From assembly GCA_964016885.1 (NCBI GenBank), contig OZ024742.1:248062001-248126000 (forward strand): 64,000 nt of DNA, in the 5' to 3' direction. Under the pieces are notes generated by a model. It was not told the origin of the DNA. It did no database searches and saw only the letters and a program-made list of their open reading frames with translations. The first letter of the stretch is position 1, and every line of letters starts with the position of its first letter. Made by a program: the position numbers and the translations under genes. Source of the DNA: Eledone cirrhosa (taxonomy: Eukaryota). This document shows positions 25,059-39,731 of this stretch, piece after piece.

Positions 25059-25249
25059 ATATATATGTGTCTGTGTCTATATTATATCTGGACTTTTGAC
25101 CGTTGGTTAGTCAATGGTAAACATTGAGGATCGAATAAATTAAATTAACCTATATAAAAGACACAGAAGCGAAACCCAACCAAACAGTGAGTGTGTTCTG
25201 TTATTAATTCTGGCAATATTATTACACAAATATGACCCTCCCCAAGTAT

Positions 25250-25358
<109 letters not shown>

Positions 25359-25585
25359 GGTTAAAGAGGGCAGTACGTAGATCTGATGATTACCAAACAC
25401 CATGAAACAGACTGTTAGCTTATCTGCCTTCTTCGCCGAAAAGAAGTAAGTGACATAGTCACTACTTTAAAATGTTAGCGTAGGATCTTCAAAATGCTTT
25501 TAATTAACCATACGGTATATTGCCAAATATATTATTCATACATTCATGTATACATCGCTATTTCAGGGCACCAATCCTAATAAAA

Positions 25586-25624
<39 letters not shown>

Positions 25625-25627
<3 letters not shown>

Positions 25628-27230
25628 AAAAAAGATGAAATCGAAAATGCAACTGGAGTCTTTTTTTTTTTAAATAAATATTTATTTGGCTCCTTTACCG
25701 GTTTCGCAATTCATCTGCTTTTCAAAAGTAGAATTGAGATGGGGAATTTGTGATTTTTCTCACATCTCGTTGGTCTTTGAAACTTACTTCTGTTTCATAT
25801 GGAAAAAAAGTGGTTCGAAATGCTATGTTTTAGAAAAGTAATTTGGTTGGTTGGTTGGTGAATAAGTATAAATTTCGCGCCAGTCGCGCTACAAAGTTTT
25901 TATTATATTTGCCTCGAAGAAATAAAAGGAGGGGGGGGGGATTCCGGTATGGGTGAAGTTTGGTTGGTGCATGCAGTCACGCGAATAAGCACATCAGCTT
26001 TCGCGCCAGTTTGTGTTTGAATTTCTTTTTACTTTAAAAAAAAGGTGGTTCACGAAGGCTTTTTATTTTATAAATGTAATTTGATTGGTTATAAATGAAA
26101 TTATGACTGTCACGTGAACAAGTACATTAAATTTCGCGCCCGTATTTTGAATTTTTTTGTAGCCATTTAGAGAATTTTGTGCCGAAATAACTAAAAACAT
26201 TACTCAGCAATGCCAAATTACCTACCACAAACCCACAACCATCTGTCAAAAAATGTAGTCGCTCTAATTGTGGAATCTGCACTCACGTCATTGAAGGCAA
26301 CACGTATACATTTCAATCAGGACAAAATTTTGCTGTAAAAAATCACTTCACTTGCTCATCAAAAAATCTACTTCATGCAATTAAATGTAAAGGATGCAAT
26401 GAAGATTATATAGGACAAACTAGACTCGCATTCAGAAACAGAATGACAGTTCATCACCAACAATTACGAGATCCTACCACAAGAAAGATACCACTCACTG
26501 CACATCAAGACATAAGCGCAAGTAATAAGACACCCAAATTCCAAGTCTTCCCATTTTATCTTTGCGCTGACAATTCAACAGAACAAATACGAATAAATAA
26601 GGAAAATATGTTTATTCAAAAGTATAGACCAGCATTAAATATAGTTTGATATACATTATGTCAACACCATAACATGTTAACCATCCAAACAGACACATAC
26701 ATACACACACACATAACACCTTCTATTTTAGAAAATAAAAACCAGAACTAAATAAACCTTAACATACGTTAATACTCTAACACCTTAACATGCTAAACCC
26801 CCCCCCCCCCCCCCCCCACACACACACACATACACATAACTCCCTCCCCCATTTCTACTAATGGAATCATTTTCCTACACACACAATAAAAATATATATA
26901 TTCTCTCCATCTTAACATGCTAACCATACTTCCACACACACAGCTCCCTCCCCATTTCTACTAATATAATCATCTTCCTACACACACAGAAACACACACA
27001 AGTACACGAATAAACATACATATCTCTACTTTCTTTATTTCAAACCCTCCATCGCGATTTTACTTTTGTAAAGCAGAAGAACTGCGAAACCGGTAAAGGA
27101 AACAAATAAATATATATTTAAAAAAATAAGACTCCAGTTGCATTTTCGATTTCATCTTTTTTCCTTATACTTTCACTCGTGTAGGACAGCTCGTTTTTTA
27201 TTCATTTTGTAAAAAAAATAACTTTCTAAT
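25625..27230 (+). mobile_element. 5'-truncated Penelope-like element (Neptune-type): inverted pLTR, GIY-YIG ORF end, 3' UTR, pLTR; lies in (TA)n
   Basis: The same pLTR occurs at about 25625-25750 (minus, HHR 25692-25729) and about 27040-27230 (plus, HHR 27062-27099), flanking the endonuclease frame. Solo copies at about 23430-23585 and 46318-46660. Confidence 0.85.
26191..26649 (+). CDS. Zn-finger linker plus GIY-YIG endonuclease of a Penelope-like element (partial, no start codon)
   Basis: The frame is open upstream of the listed ORF: LKTLLSNAKL..KKCSRSNCGIC..FTCSSKNLLHAIKCKGCNEDYIGQT..RNRMTVH..KENMFIQKYRPALNIV*. Confidence 0.85.
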   Translation, partial: LKTLLSNAKLPTTNPQPSVKKCSRSNCGICTHVIEGNTYTFQSGQNFAVKNHFTCSSKNLLHAIKCKGCNEDYIGQTRLAFRNRMTVHHQQLRDPTTRKIPLTAHQDISASNKTPKFQVFPFYLCADNSTEQIRINKENMFIQKYRPALNIV

Positions 27231-27522
27231 ATATATATATATATATATATATGAAAAATTATTTCTACTTTTGGCATATGGCCAGAAATTATTCCAGTGT
27301 ATTATTGGTTCTTTAGTTTATCGATCCCGTAATGATGAAAGGCAAAGTTAACCTCGGCGGGTTATATATATATATGAATAATGCAAGAAGCAAAGAAAAT
27401 ATCTGATACGAAAAGATTTCCTGGTGGAAGTTCAGGTAAAATTTGGGTGTATATCCAGTTTCAGTGTGAAAATCCAATTTGAAAATACAATATTGTACCG
27501 ATTGTGTCGTTATATTTGTTTA

Positions 27523-27571
<49 letters not shown>

Positions 27572-27572
27572 T

Positions 27573-27773
<201 letters not shown>

Positions 27774-28127
27774 TTGTGTGTTTGTGTTTGTGTCTGTGTG
27801 TGTGTGATGTGTTTCACGGCAAGTGCTTGGAAAGCTAATCAAGAAATCATTACAGATGTATTCCTATAGACACCATGACATGTATATATAGATAGCGGTT
27901 TCTTTAGCCAAATGTTTCATTAACCACAGATAACCTCCCTAATGAGATTGTGGATAAAGGTATCTTCGAGTAGAACATATTTGAGCAAGCATAATCAGTT
28001 AATGATAGTGATGGTACACGTAATTATGTTGATGATGGTGCTGGTGATGATGATGATAAGGATGCTGATAATGATGACGAAGTTGCTGCTGCTTGCTGCT
28101 GCTTGCTGCTGCTTGCTGCTGCCTGCT

Positions 28128-28158
<31 letters not shown>

Positions 28159-29154
28159 TTGATAATGATGGTGATGGTGATGATGATGATGACAATGATA
28201 ATGATATTAATGCTGATGATGAGGATGATATACGATTAATTTAATTCATTATTAGTTTTATAGCAAGCAAATATCTATGTCAGTTACAGCCGTAAAATAT
28301 CGGGGCGATACTTTATAAATATTAAGGATATCGGGTGGATGAAAGAATGATTACCTATTTCTTCCTATTTAATATTTCTGCAATAAGACCTTCAAATGTT
28401 CAGGTATAAATTCAGCTGACAGAGAATTGACATTCAATTCCCCATCACATAACACACAACCGTTTCTCTTAATCTTTGACACATTCATTGAATTAAATTC
28501 CTCCAATGATATACATACAAATGCATATGCTTAAATCCAAATATTCTGCATGTGATACTCTACCTTTCTTAAAATAAGATGAGTCGAGCATTGGATAACA
28601 GAGGGATATGATATGATTTGCAAAGAGGCAATGGCGGGATGGTGAATGTTATAATGAATTTAATAATGTGTCAGTTCGATGAAAAAACATCTATACATGT
28701 TATGCCACACATGCATGGAATCTATGAAAACAAACCTCAAAGGTGACATGAACACTGAAGCAGAATGTTAATCATTACGAATATAATGTCTGTACAGCAC
28801 ATTTAAAAAGCTGTATTACACCTTTAAACACTCATTGACAAAATCAACAAATTGTGCCAACAAATGAAGCCCCACTTCAAATGACTAAACAATTAATATC
28901 TAATAAAGTACCATTATAACCACGTGACTCTACCTTTGTGTTTTAGGTTTTGTCAATAAAAATCTCACATGAGCCACCACAATATCAACAATAATAACAG
29001 TAACAATGACAATACTTACAAGGACAGTAACAATAATTACTACAACATTTATATAACAACCCAAAGTAAAACTGAGCATTATGGGAATAATTAATTATTT
29101 CAAATCTAGACATTGCTGACAGCTTCTTAATGTAGGGGTGCTTCGTATGTCAAC

Positions 29155-29650
29155 GTACTGCTGAACTATCTATCACAGTGCAGCCTAAGTTTGAATACTG
29201 CTCAAATAACTCTAATAGTGTTGTCTAGTTTAGTGTAAAGTTGAAATACATGCAACAGTATAACCTTGGTTAGAGTACTGTTCAAATAACTCAAACATTG
29301 TAGCCTAGGTTAATATAATTTTCAAATACATGGACAAAGTGTAGCTTAGCTTAGAGTAATGTTCAAATACCTGGAAGAGAGTAGCCTAGGTTAGAGTATT
29401 TCTCAAATGCCTGTAACAGTCTAACCTAGTTTTGAGTACTGCTTAAACAACTATAACATTGTAGCCTAGCTTAATGTAATGTTCAAATACCTGGAACAGC
29501 CAAGCCTGGGTTTGACTACTGTTAAAATATATGTATCAGTGCAGCCTAGGTTTGAATAACATCAACAATGCAACCTGGATTATAGTACTGCTCAAATAAC
29601 TGAATAAGTGCAGTCTAGGATAGCGTTGCGCTTAAATAACTGGAACAATG
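29155..29650 (+). repeat. Degenerate minisatellite, unit about 39 bp
   Basis: Recurrent agtgtagcctaggttagagtactgttcaaatacctggaac-like units. Confidence 0.8.
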
Positions 29651-31031
29651 TAGATTACTCCAGTTCTTTCAAGACCATATTCAGTCTAGGTTGGTGAAAT
29701 GCGGCAATATATGGTATAGTACATTTTATAACTCTATTTAAAGTAGAATATCAATTATCACTACGGGATTGATAAAGTAATGTACTACTTGATTACTGTT
29801 GTTGATTTATTCAATTTTACCCTTTTCCCAAATGTTTGGCATTGGCCCAATTTACATATCATTTCTGTATTATTCAAATGATAAAGACGATATCCCTGTA
29901 ATATGTGAACACAAATCGTTCAGTACATTGTATTATTTAGTGTTGAAGGTTGTTACCCCTCCAAACGTCGTATTATTGAATTGTGACCTTTGACACTTCG
30001 CCGAAACATCGTATTATTCATGGGTAGAGGTCGCTGTCCTTTGGATACAATGAATAATATAATGCTAGATACACCATATTTTGTGGGGAAAAGCCGGGTT
30101 GGACACAATTATGATTGAATAATATGGTCTTAGATGTATTGTGCTGTGAAGGCCAATGGGTTGCTATGTCTGTGATCATAAGGTCTGTTTGATCGGAGCT
30201 GACCCGGTGATCAACAACAAGAAAACCTTACAATACAAACATACCAAAAAGCAACTATAAAACATTTCTCGAACAGACTCCTTTCACACGTTTTCCCTAC
30301 CGACGTCAATCTAAAGAAAATTCTATGTCCAACATCAATACCATCGTTCTAATCTGTGTGTGGGTGGGATGAGTGGGGAAATATCTTTGAAGGAATGCGT
30401 GCAGGTGTGCCCCCTCCACATTACAAGACAACAATATATACACTATCTGTCACGTCTTCATGTGTTACTCACTACAAACGACTGTAAAGGTTGAACACAT
30501 CAAAGAGACTCTGACTATTCTTCATGGTGTTAACGTCCGACACATTCATGTTTTTATACATAGGCTATGTATCTCTGTTGTTCGCTTCTATTATGCATCT
30601 GTTCAAACAGGGGAGGGAATTCACTTGAAATATTTATTTCAACTTGTAATATTTCATACACCTATTATTTATATTATACATGAAATCGAATTTTATCCGA
30701 CTACAACAGAACAATGGGAATCTGACGGAATAGGACACAAGACAGAAGATACAAGGAATCAGTTCCGAAACATCTGAAGACTATAACCATTTAAATGGTA
30801 TTTCTTATTTAACCTTCAAATGGTATCTAGGCTTTCTTCATGATTAAATACTGCATAAGATGTATATTCTCTAATTCTCTCATATCTGAAGCCGAGAAGG
30901 AGAATAGTTTGTGTGCGCGAGCGCATATATATATATAAACACACACAGACATATATATATATATATATGTGTGTAGAATATATAAGTTGCGTTTCGCTAA
31001 TTTCTACCCACCGGAATGCGATTCTCGCTAA

Positions 31032-31096
<65 letters not shown>

Positions 31097-31715
31097 ATGA
31101 TTGAGAATGAGAGAGATAAAGAGGGATATAGAGAGATATAGAGAGATATACCGACGCACGCACACCATACATATATATATATAAGAATACACACATATAT
31201 AATTTATAACAATATTGCTGTGTATCCGTTTCATAATGGCTAGTATTGAAAGTAAATGCAGTCATCATCTGAATATTTAATGCTGCCATTGTAACTACAT
31301 TTTCTGTCACAGTTCTTCATTTGTCGCAAGTATACTTCGACGGTTGCCATTCCAGGAATGATATTTAGGTTTTATCGATTAGAAATCTATCACTAAATAC
31401 ATTTAAGATTGGCTTACCAAAGGATCGCAGATCTCGTATTTATGAAAAGTAAATTAAGAGTGTAAGAATAATTACATCTTAAAGACGCTCCTGTACGTTC
31501 CTCCATCTCATTACAGGCAATGAGATGCAAATTAGGAGAGGAAAAATAGAATATTCTAATCCCAACTGAGGTAATATGTCACATTCATATTTCCATACCC
31601 ACTAACCAAACGATAGAACCACCCACTACTCAACGGTAATTCTCATAAGCAAAGGTGTTCAAATCAAGCGTAAACAACAGCCCAGTTCTCAGTTGAGACT
31701 AGATCTTGTACCCCC

Positions 31716-31814
<99 letters not shown>

Positions 31815-31865
31815 TCGGTATATACATCTCTCTATATCCCTCTTTATCTCTCTCATTATCTCTCA

Positions 31866-31957
<92 letters not shown>

Positions 31958-32149
31958 GTAAAAGGTAAAGAGAAGTAACAACACAATCGGTACAGTATAT
32001 CGAAGGGATATATTAGGTTAACGCTTGATATAGCAGGAAGAGGGTCTTATCGTTTCGGACGCTAGTCCTTCGTCACAAGAAAGAATGATAAATAAGATAG
32101 ATTGAGGGGACGAACAGGTTGGAATTGGAAAATATATATATATGTATAT

Positions 32150-32570
32150 AAATTAATAAAAACAATGAAATGAAAACAAAGAACAAGTTCTTTATATTAA
32201 AAAATGCATCATTTTACGATCGTTTCTAGGATGCATATGTGTGTTGGTATGTATATCATATAGATCTATGTAAAATATTACAAATTATCAAAGGAAATAT
32301 TCATACCTTCATATATACATTCTGTCTTCAGAAATGATGAAGACAGCATGTATATGTGAAGGTATGTATATTTCCTCTTCATTTCTGAAGACAGCATGTA
32401 TATGTGAAGGTATGTATATTTCCTCTGATAATTTGTAATATTTTTACATAGATCTATATGATATACATACCAACATACATACATCCTAGAAACGATCGTA
32501 AAATGATGAATGTTTTAATATAAAGAACTTGTTCTTTGTTTTTATTTCATTGTTTATATTAATTTTATTT
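32150..32570. repeat. Inverted-repeat element with one long-stem-II HHR per arm (about 32209-32337 minus, 32379-32506 plus)
   Basis: Plus arm reads TCATTT-CTGAAGA-[97 nt, including GGTATGTATAT/ATATACATACC]-GAAA-CGATCG-TA-AAATGA. Mirrored tcttcag at 32325. Confidence 0.8.
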
Positions 32571-32733
32571 TGACTCTGTTTTCTATGATTTCCATGGAAA
32601 ATTTTTGAATGCATATTCTCTTTTCATGATATTTGGATTACATTGAGTTCTTCATACGGATTGGACACTACCGTATATTTTGGTAGATTTATCTACATAT
32701 ATATGTATATATATATGTATATATATGTATATA

Positions 32734-32897
<164 letters not shown>

Positions 32898-33589
32898 CGC
32901 GCGTGTGTGGGTGCGTGTGTGTACGTGTGTGTGTGTGTATTATTTATTATTTATTTATTTATTCGTATTAGACGTCTGTATAGAGCTAGTAAGCTATGAT
33001 AGACTCGGGGAAGATAGAGTACTCTACAATTGGTAATCAAGAAGAGCTATCGAGTCAAATAATAAAGAATAATATTTTTAAAAAATCAAAATAAAAAATA
33101 AAAAAAGAGAAAAGGGCAAACATAAAATAACACAAATAACATTTCATATATTTAAGGCCAATGGGAAGCAGATTATGCCTAAGAAATCGAAAAGGAAGAG
33201 AGGAAACAAGGGAAGCTGTAAAACAGCTAGAGTTTCCCTTGTTGAATCTTTTTGTAGCTTCAATGTACTAACAGAATTTGTTTATATTTGGTAGAACTTT
33301 AATCATATACTGAACTTCCAACCTATTATAATTAGTTACAGAAGTGTCATATGCAGGTACTTCAGTTTCGTCGGGTTATATATCCGAACTCATTCACCCA
33401 GTTATATAACAGAAATATGGCTTTAGTTAATACACGAATGTTCTTCAAGAGTTGGTAATTTCAAATTTAGCTATAGAGCACAGACAGACACTTATACACG
33501 TGCGCAAACATATACGCACACACACATATACATGCGTATATATATATATATCAAGTAAGAATATTTTTGAAACAGCGAGCGAGTTTGAA

Positions 33590-33770
33590 ATTATAAATGT
33601 AAGCTATCGCCGTATTTTGAGTAAGAACCCCCGGAGAAATGGAAAAAGAGGAGTATTGTACGTCAATACTCATCTTTTTCCATTTATCAGAGGGTTCTTA
33701 ACCCCACTGTCAGGCTAAATAATTTTCTTTAATTTCTTTAGTCAAAATACGGCGATAGCTTACATTTATA
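33590..33770. repeat. Nested inverted repeats (37-bp termini plus an internal long hairpin)
   Basis: ttataaatgtaagctatcgccgtattttga/tcaaaatacggcgatagcttacatttataa, with internal aaatggaaaaaga-g-gagtattg/caatactc-a-tctttttccattt. Confidence 0.8.
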
Positions 33771-33883
33771 ATATATATATATATATATATATATAGTAAT
33801 AATAATAAATTTGAAGACTAAAATCCAAAGAGGGCTCGATAAGGATAAATATATATCAAATATATAAGAACCGTAGAGCAAAT

Positions 33884-34005
33884 ATTTATTAAAATAACAG
33901 ATTAAAGTTTAAGCAAAGAATCGCTGCTTTCACACTTAATGGGATCCCGTTAAGTGTGAAAGCAGCGATTCTTTGCTTAAACTTTAATCTGTTATTTTAA
34001 TAAAT
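33884..34005. repeat. Near-perfect palindrome of about 120 bp centred on GGGATCCC, made from the 3' half of an HHR-like pLTR (related copy about 13465-13532)
   Basis: The arms mirror exactly except for one position. The right arm gatcccgttaagtgtGAAAgca..tgcTTaaact matches agtttCAGAAGAtcccgttaagggtGAAA at 13469. Confidence 0.85.
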
Positions 34006-34027
34006 AAATATATATATATATATATGT

Positions 34028-34201
34028 ATAACGAAGGAAGTGAGGTAAGGAACCAGAAAGACCATAACGCATCAGAGTACTCAATACCCAGGGTAGTAGA
34101 GTGGGAATTAGGAAAATGTTCAAGACCCCGACGGCATATCTCAAGCCGTTTCAACGGCTATTTCTGGTCTGTGTGTTTATATTGTATGTATATGTATGTA
34201 C

Positions 34202-34255
<54 letters not shown>

Positions 34256-34640
34256 ATGTTCAAGAACCCGACGGCAGAGCTAAAGCCATTTCGACGGCTA
34301 TTTCTGGCTTGAGCTCTGCCGTCGGGGTCTTGAATATATTCCTATATATATATATATATACATATATACGTACATACATATACATACTATATAAACACAC
34401 ACACACATATATATATATATACATTCACACACACACAAATGTATACATACCGACATTCAAACATAGACAAACATGAACATGTTAAAGCTGTGCATGGGTA
34501 TCTCCCGTTATTAAGGACACCATGTGTCTAGATTATTGATTCCAGATTCGGGTCCCATCGATACGTATCGTACGTTGAGCTGATGAATCGCCAAACACCT
34601 GAATATACTTGAAGATATTTGACACATCCTTTCCTACTTA

Positions 34641-34735
<95 letters not shown>

Positions 34736-34915
34736 AGAAAAAGTATGATCCCGACGGCAGAGCTCAAGCCGTTTCGACGGCTATTTCCGTCGAAATGGCT
34801 TCAGCTCTGCCGTCGGGGTCATGTTTTGTCCTATTTCCCACTCTACTACTCTAAGTATTGAGTACTCTGGTGCGTTATTGTCCATTTGGTTCCTTACCAT
34901 AATACCTTTGTTATA
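34028..34915. repeat. Cluster of truncated or fold-back copies of pLTR family D (also 24762-24815, 42570-42700, 46788-47680)
   Basis: Shared motif gtcGAAACGGCttgagctctGCCGTCggggtc. Palindromic fusions at about 34258-34335 and 34748-34820. Confidence 0.8.
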
Positions 34916-36181
34916 TATATATATATATATTTGTGTGTGTGTGTGTCTTATAGTGTATGGAATATAATTTAACGATACGTCCGTACAATTATTATGGAGA
35001 GGATTTTATGTAAATAAACAGCTTTGAAACAAACAGCTTTGCAGAAGGAATTTTTAGATGTTTTTCTACCCAAAGTATAAAATATGTGGCTCATAATATT
35101 ATTTTAATAGCATATTGACTGAGGAAGACCAACATCGACTAGTCCCTTTCAGCGTCTAGTGTAAATATATGATCAGAACTGATACCTTAATCCAAATACT
35201 ACCAATAGGTCTGACTACATTACACGCAGCCATATACCAGGTAGTGATTTTAAACTGAGCGACGGTTTCAGTCTACGATATAAGACCAAGAACGTTCCTC
35301 TGGGTTTCCACATTTCCGCCTAACAAATCCTATTTGCAAGTCTTATTAAACAAATGTTCCGTAAAGTCTGTCTGATCGATCAACAAATTAACATGTATGT
35401 AGGAATTTAGTTCGAAAAGACTCGGTTGACGTAGAATCTTGATCCGAGTGCAAGTAAATTTAAACAGTTGGACAATTAGGTAAAGACGGAAAGCAAAAAC
35501 AAGAATGAAAGGAATTGAAAATAAAATTATACAAATACATTTCTACAAATAAATAAATAAACAATTATGAAGTAAACGAAAGGATATAATATAAAATAGA
35601 AATAAAATTTAAGAATTAGGAAAAGGAACAGGAAGTAAAGGAAAAGAAAATTGCATGTAAAAGAAAAATAGTAATGATAGTGAAGTCTCTCAATGAATGG
35701 TAGAAATCTTCCGATTGGATGATGGAGAAAAAATATATAAATATTCGATCGGATAGATTTTCCCGATGGAGATTAAAATCGATGCTAGATTTAGTTGTTA
35801 TTGTGGATTCGGGTGATGATATGTTGATGATAATTAAATCTCCCTATCTCTCTGTCTCTCACGCTCTGACTCTCTCTGACTCTCCAGCTCTCTCTTTCAC
35901 TCTCTCTCCTACTCTCAAATTAACGCTCACTTTCTCTGTTACTCACTCTCATTCACCAAACAACCCTCTCATTTTCTCTCTATATATCTTTCAATGTCTT
36001 TTAATCGAACTGTTCTGAACGTAAAACAAAATATGTCATTGATTCCCACCACAACACTTTACGTCTGTGTTGTCTCCTCCATTGCAATTTAGACCTTATG
36101 ACGTTATAACACAAACATCAATAGTTAGTATTCATCTTATTGTTGTTGTTGTTGCTATTGTTATAGTTGTTGCTGTTATAT

Positions 36182-36256
<75 letters not shown>

Positions 36257-36517
36257 CAGAAGGGATATTCAATTTGTTGGTAATTCACCAGATATAAATG
36301 TTTATAACTGATTCAGAGCACTGAACAGATTTTTTTTTCTGGAGTGTAATACACAATGATATTATATAAATGTAAACTATATTTATAAAACTATATTTAT
36401 TCTATTATATATATTTCAAGGGTACGAAGTGTGATTTATAAATTGTGATAAAAGGATAACTTGAACCGTTAAGGTATATTATCCTTGATTATGTTAACAT
36501 TTATAAAACACACTTCG

Positions 36518-36579
36518 TATTTTATCTGATGATAGCCTACCAACATTTTTGGTAGCCTTGAAATATATATAATAGAATA
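36518..36579 (+). ncRNA. Hammerhead ribozyme family A, in inverted repeat about 36354-36622
   Basis: TATTTTAT-CTGATGA-TAGC-CTACCAA-CATTT-TTGGTAG-CCTT-GAAA-TATATA-TA-ATAGAATA. Confidence 0.7.
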
Positions 36580-36774
36580 AATATGGTTTTATAAATATAG
36601 TTTCCATTTCTTAATATCATTGTATATATATATATATATATGTTCGGGATATGATACATGATTGATTTTACCATAGGCACAATACCGATAATGATTTCGT
36701 TTTTTGTTTGTGGGGGAAGGAGAATAAGAGAGAGTATTCGATTATATCGACCCCCACCTGCTGAGTGGGCATTA

Positions 36775-36963
36775 GTTGAGCGTTGGCAGTATCGGTAGAA
36801 GGTCGGACGCCATGCTTTGACGTATAGTGTTACGGCCGTTGCCATTCTGAGTTCAAATCCGGCCGAGGTTAACTCTGCCTTTTATCCTTACGGGGTCGAT
36901 AAAATAAAGTACCAGTAATGCACTGGGTAATTGCTGGCCTTGTGCCAAAAGCAGAAACAATTA
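36775..36963 (+). mobile_element. SINE, same family as 8337
   Basis: ggcagtatcggtagaaggtcggac..ctgagttcaaatcc..ggggtcgataaaataaagtaccagt..ggccttgtgccaaaag. Confidence 0.75.
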
Positions 36964-37189
36964 TTTGAGCGATCTCTGAATAAGGAGAGATAAAATGAAG
37001 GTTTTGAACCTAGAACGTAAAGAGCCAGAATAAATAAAGCATTTCAACCGATTTACCCCATCAGAAGAAGCGGGGTAGCTGTATAATCTTCAGCTCCGTA
37101 TTCGGGTCAAGAAAATTGTTTATGACTGAAAGAATACGATCTGGCATACAAGCGGCCGAAATGACCTTCCTCCGAAGGGTCCTGGGAGA

Positions 37190-37855
37190 AACTACAATAA
37201 CATTAATATCAATATTAACAACAACAATCTAAAACCCCATCTACAGCAACAGCATTAACATCATCAACAACAATAGCATGAACACCACCAACACTAAGAG
37301 AAACAGCACAGCTATCGACAGCATAAACAAGCCATAAGCATTATCAACATCATACAACTAACAACAACAACAACACCACACCCAATACGACCTTTAAATA
37401 CAACGCCAGCAACAACAACTACAAAACACAAACCCCAACAACACTATGTCCACTACTTGTAAAAACGTCACAACCAGTCCCAGAACTGCCGCCAACACCA
37501 GCAACACAACCACAAGCAGAAACAATAACAACAACATCAACCGCATCACCACCATCACATCACTACTTATAAAAACCACCACCACTACCACCACCCACAA
37601 CAACAACACGCAGAAAACCAGCAATGACAACAACGACAACACAAGCAACATAATCACAACCAGAAACAATAACAACGCTAACAGCATCACCACCATGCCA
37701 CTACCACCCGTTATATCAACACCTAAACTATCAGGACCACCTACACCACCACTGCCAACAACAATAAATACAACAGCAACAACACCAACAATAAGAACAT
37801 TAACAATACTAACAGCAACACCAGTATAACCAGCAACAAGAACAACAATAAGAAA
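37190..37855 (+). repeat. Degenerate (CAA/CAC)n low-complexity region (similar ones at 48900-49130 and 51980-52310)
   Basis: aac/acc triplet-rich sequence giving T/N-rich pseudo-ORFs. Confidence 0.8.
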
Positions 37856-38000
37856 GAGACGATATCCTGTCTCTAGAAATAGTACAATAGAAAAAGGAAT
37901 AATTTCATTGTGATACTTTTGCCATTTATAGTCATATATTTGTCACTGATTGATTATCGTCTGCTCATACATTCATATCTAAATAACTACTCCAAGAAAG

Positions 38001-38055
<55 letters not shown>

Positions 38056-38333
38056 AATAAACAAATACCTAGATAAAAATTGAATGAATAAAGAAGGTAT
38101 ATATCTAATAAGGGAAAATAAATAAAAATACACATACATGAACGAATATACAACGAGAGACACATACATACACATATGTGCATTAATAGAAACACATACT
38201 CAGTTTTTCATATATAAACAGAACCACAAGCTCATACATATAATCACAATTAAGCACTCATATGCATATAAACAATCATACACACAGCGATATATATATA
38301 TGTATTCATGCATACATATATATATACCTATAC

Positions 38334-38442
<109 letters not shown>

Positions 38443-38851
38443 GTGTGTGTGTGTATATATATATGTACATACAAATACATTTACACACTAATACACACAC
38501 ATACACATACACAATACACACACACACACGAATATATGTATATGTATATATATATATATACACACCAAGCAGATTGCATTGGAGAATATTCTGGATTACT
38601 CCGTTGTTACCCAGTAATCTTATTAAAGTGACAATGCAAGGATGTCGAACAGAAGCCGATCACGTGACAGCATTACTATATCCGTTGTAGCGATTAAAAT
38701 GGCTGCCGAGCTGTTTCTCTCAATCGAATGTCGGTTTCTGTCGAGGTTGAAGTTCTTGTTGATGATCATGTTTCTGTCGATGACGATGCTGATGATGTAT
38801 TTCTATTGATATAGCTTTCTATGTTATACCGCTCTCTTCCCGAATCTCTTC

Positions 38852-38918
<67 letters not shown>

Positions 38919-38923
38919 CATAC

Positions 38924-38991
<68 letters not shown>

Positions 38992-39045
38992 ATATATATA
39001 CATGTATATATATATGTATGTATGTATATATATACATGTTTATAT

Positions 39046-39097
<52 letters not shown>

Positions 39098-39115
39098 ATA
39101 TAAACATGTATATAT

Positions 39116-39163
<48 letters not shown>

Positions 39164-39172
39164 ATATATATG

Positions 39173-39206
<34 letters not shown>

Positions 39207-39317
39207 CATATATTTATATATATATATATTATATATATGTATATATATATATACATATATATATATATACATATATGTATATATATACATATATATATAC
39301 ATATGTATATGAATGTA

Positions 39318-39350
<33 letters not shown>

Positions 39351-39369
39351 TTATATATATATGTATATA

Positions 39370-39484
<115 letters not shown>

Positions 39485-39492
39485 ATATAAAC

Positions 39493-39532
<40 letters not shown>

Positions 39533-39538
<6 letters not shown>

Positions 39539-39681
39539 TAGTGGTGATGAAGGTAGAGATGATGGTGTTTGTGGTGGAGATTGTAGTGGAAGGTGGAGAA
39601 GTCAAAATGTAGATTAACATCACTATACAATGAATACAATACTGTAAAATCCTCCAGTTTTACACAACTCTAGAAAGACAC

Positions 39682-39731
<50 letters not shown>

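Noticed and set aside
29155-29650. CRISPR-like periodicity
   Set aside because: Contiguous degenerate tandem units without unique spacers, no cas genes, and a eukaryotic context.
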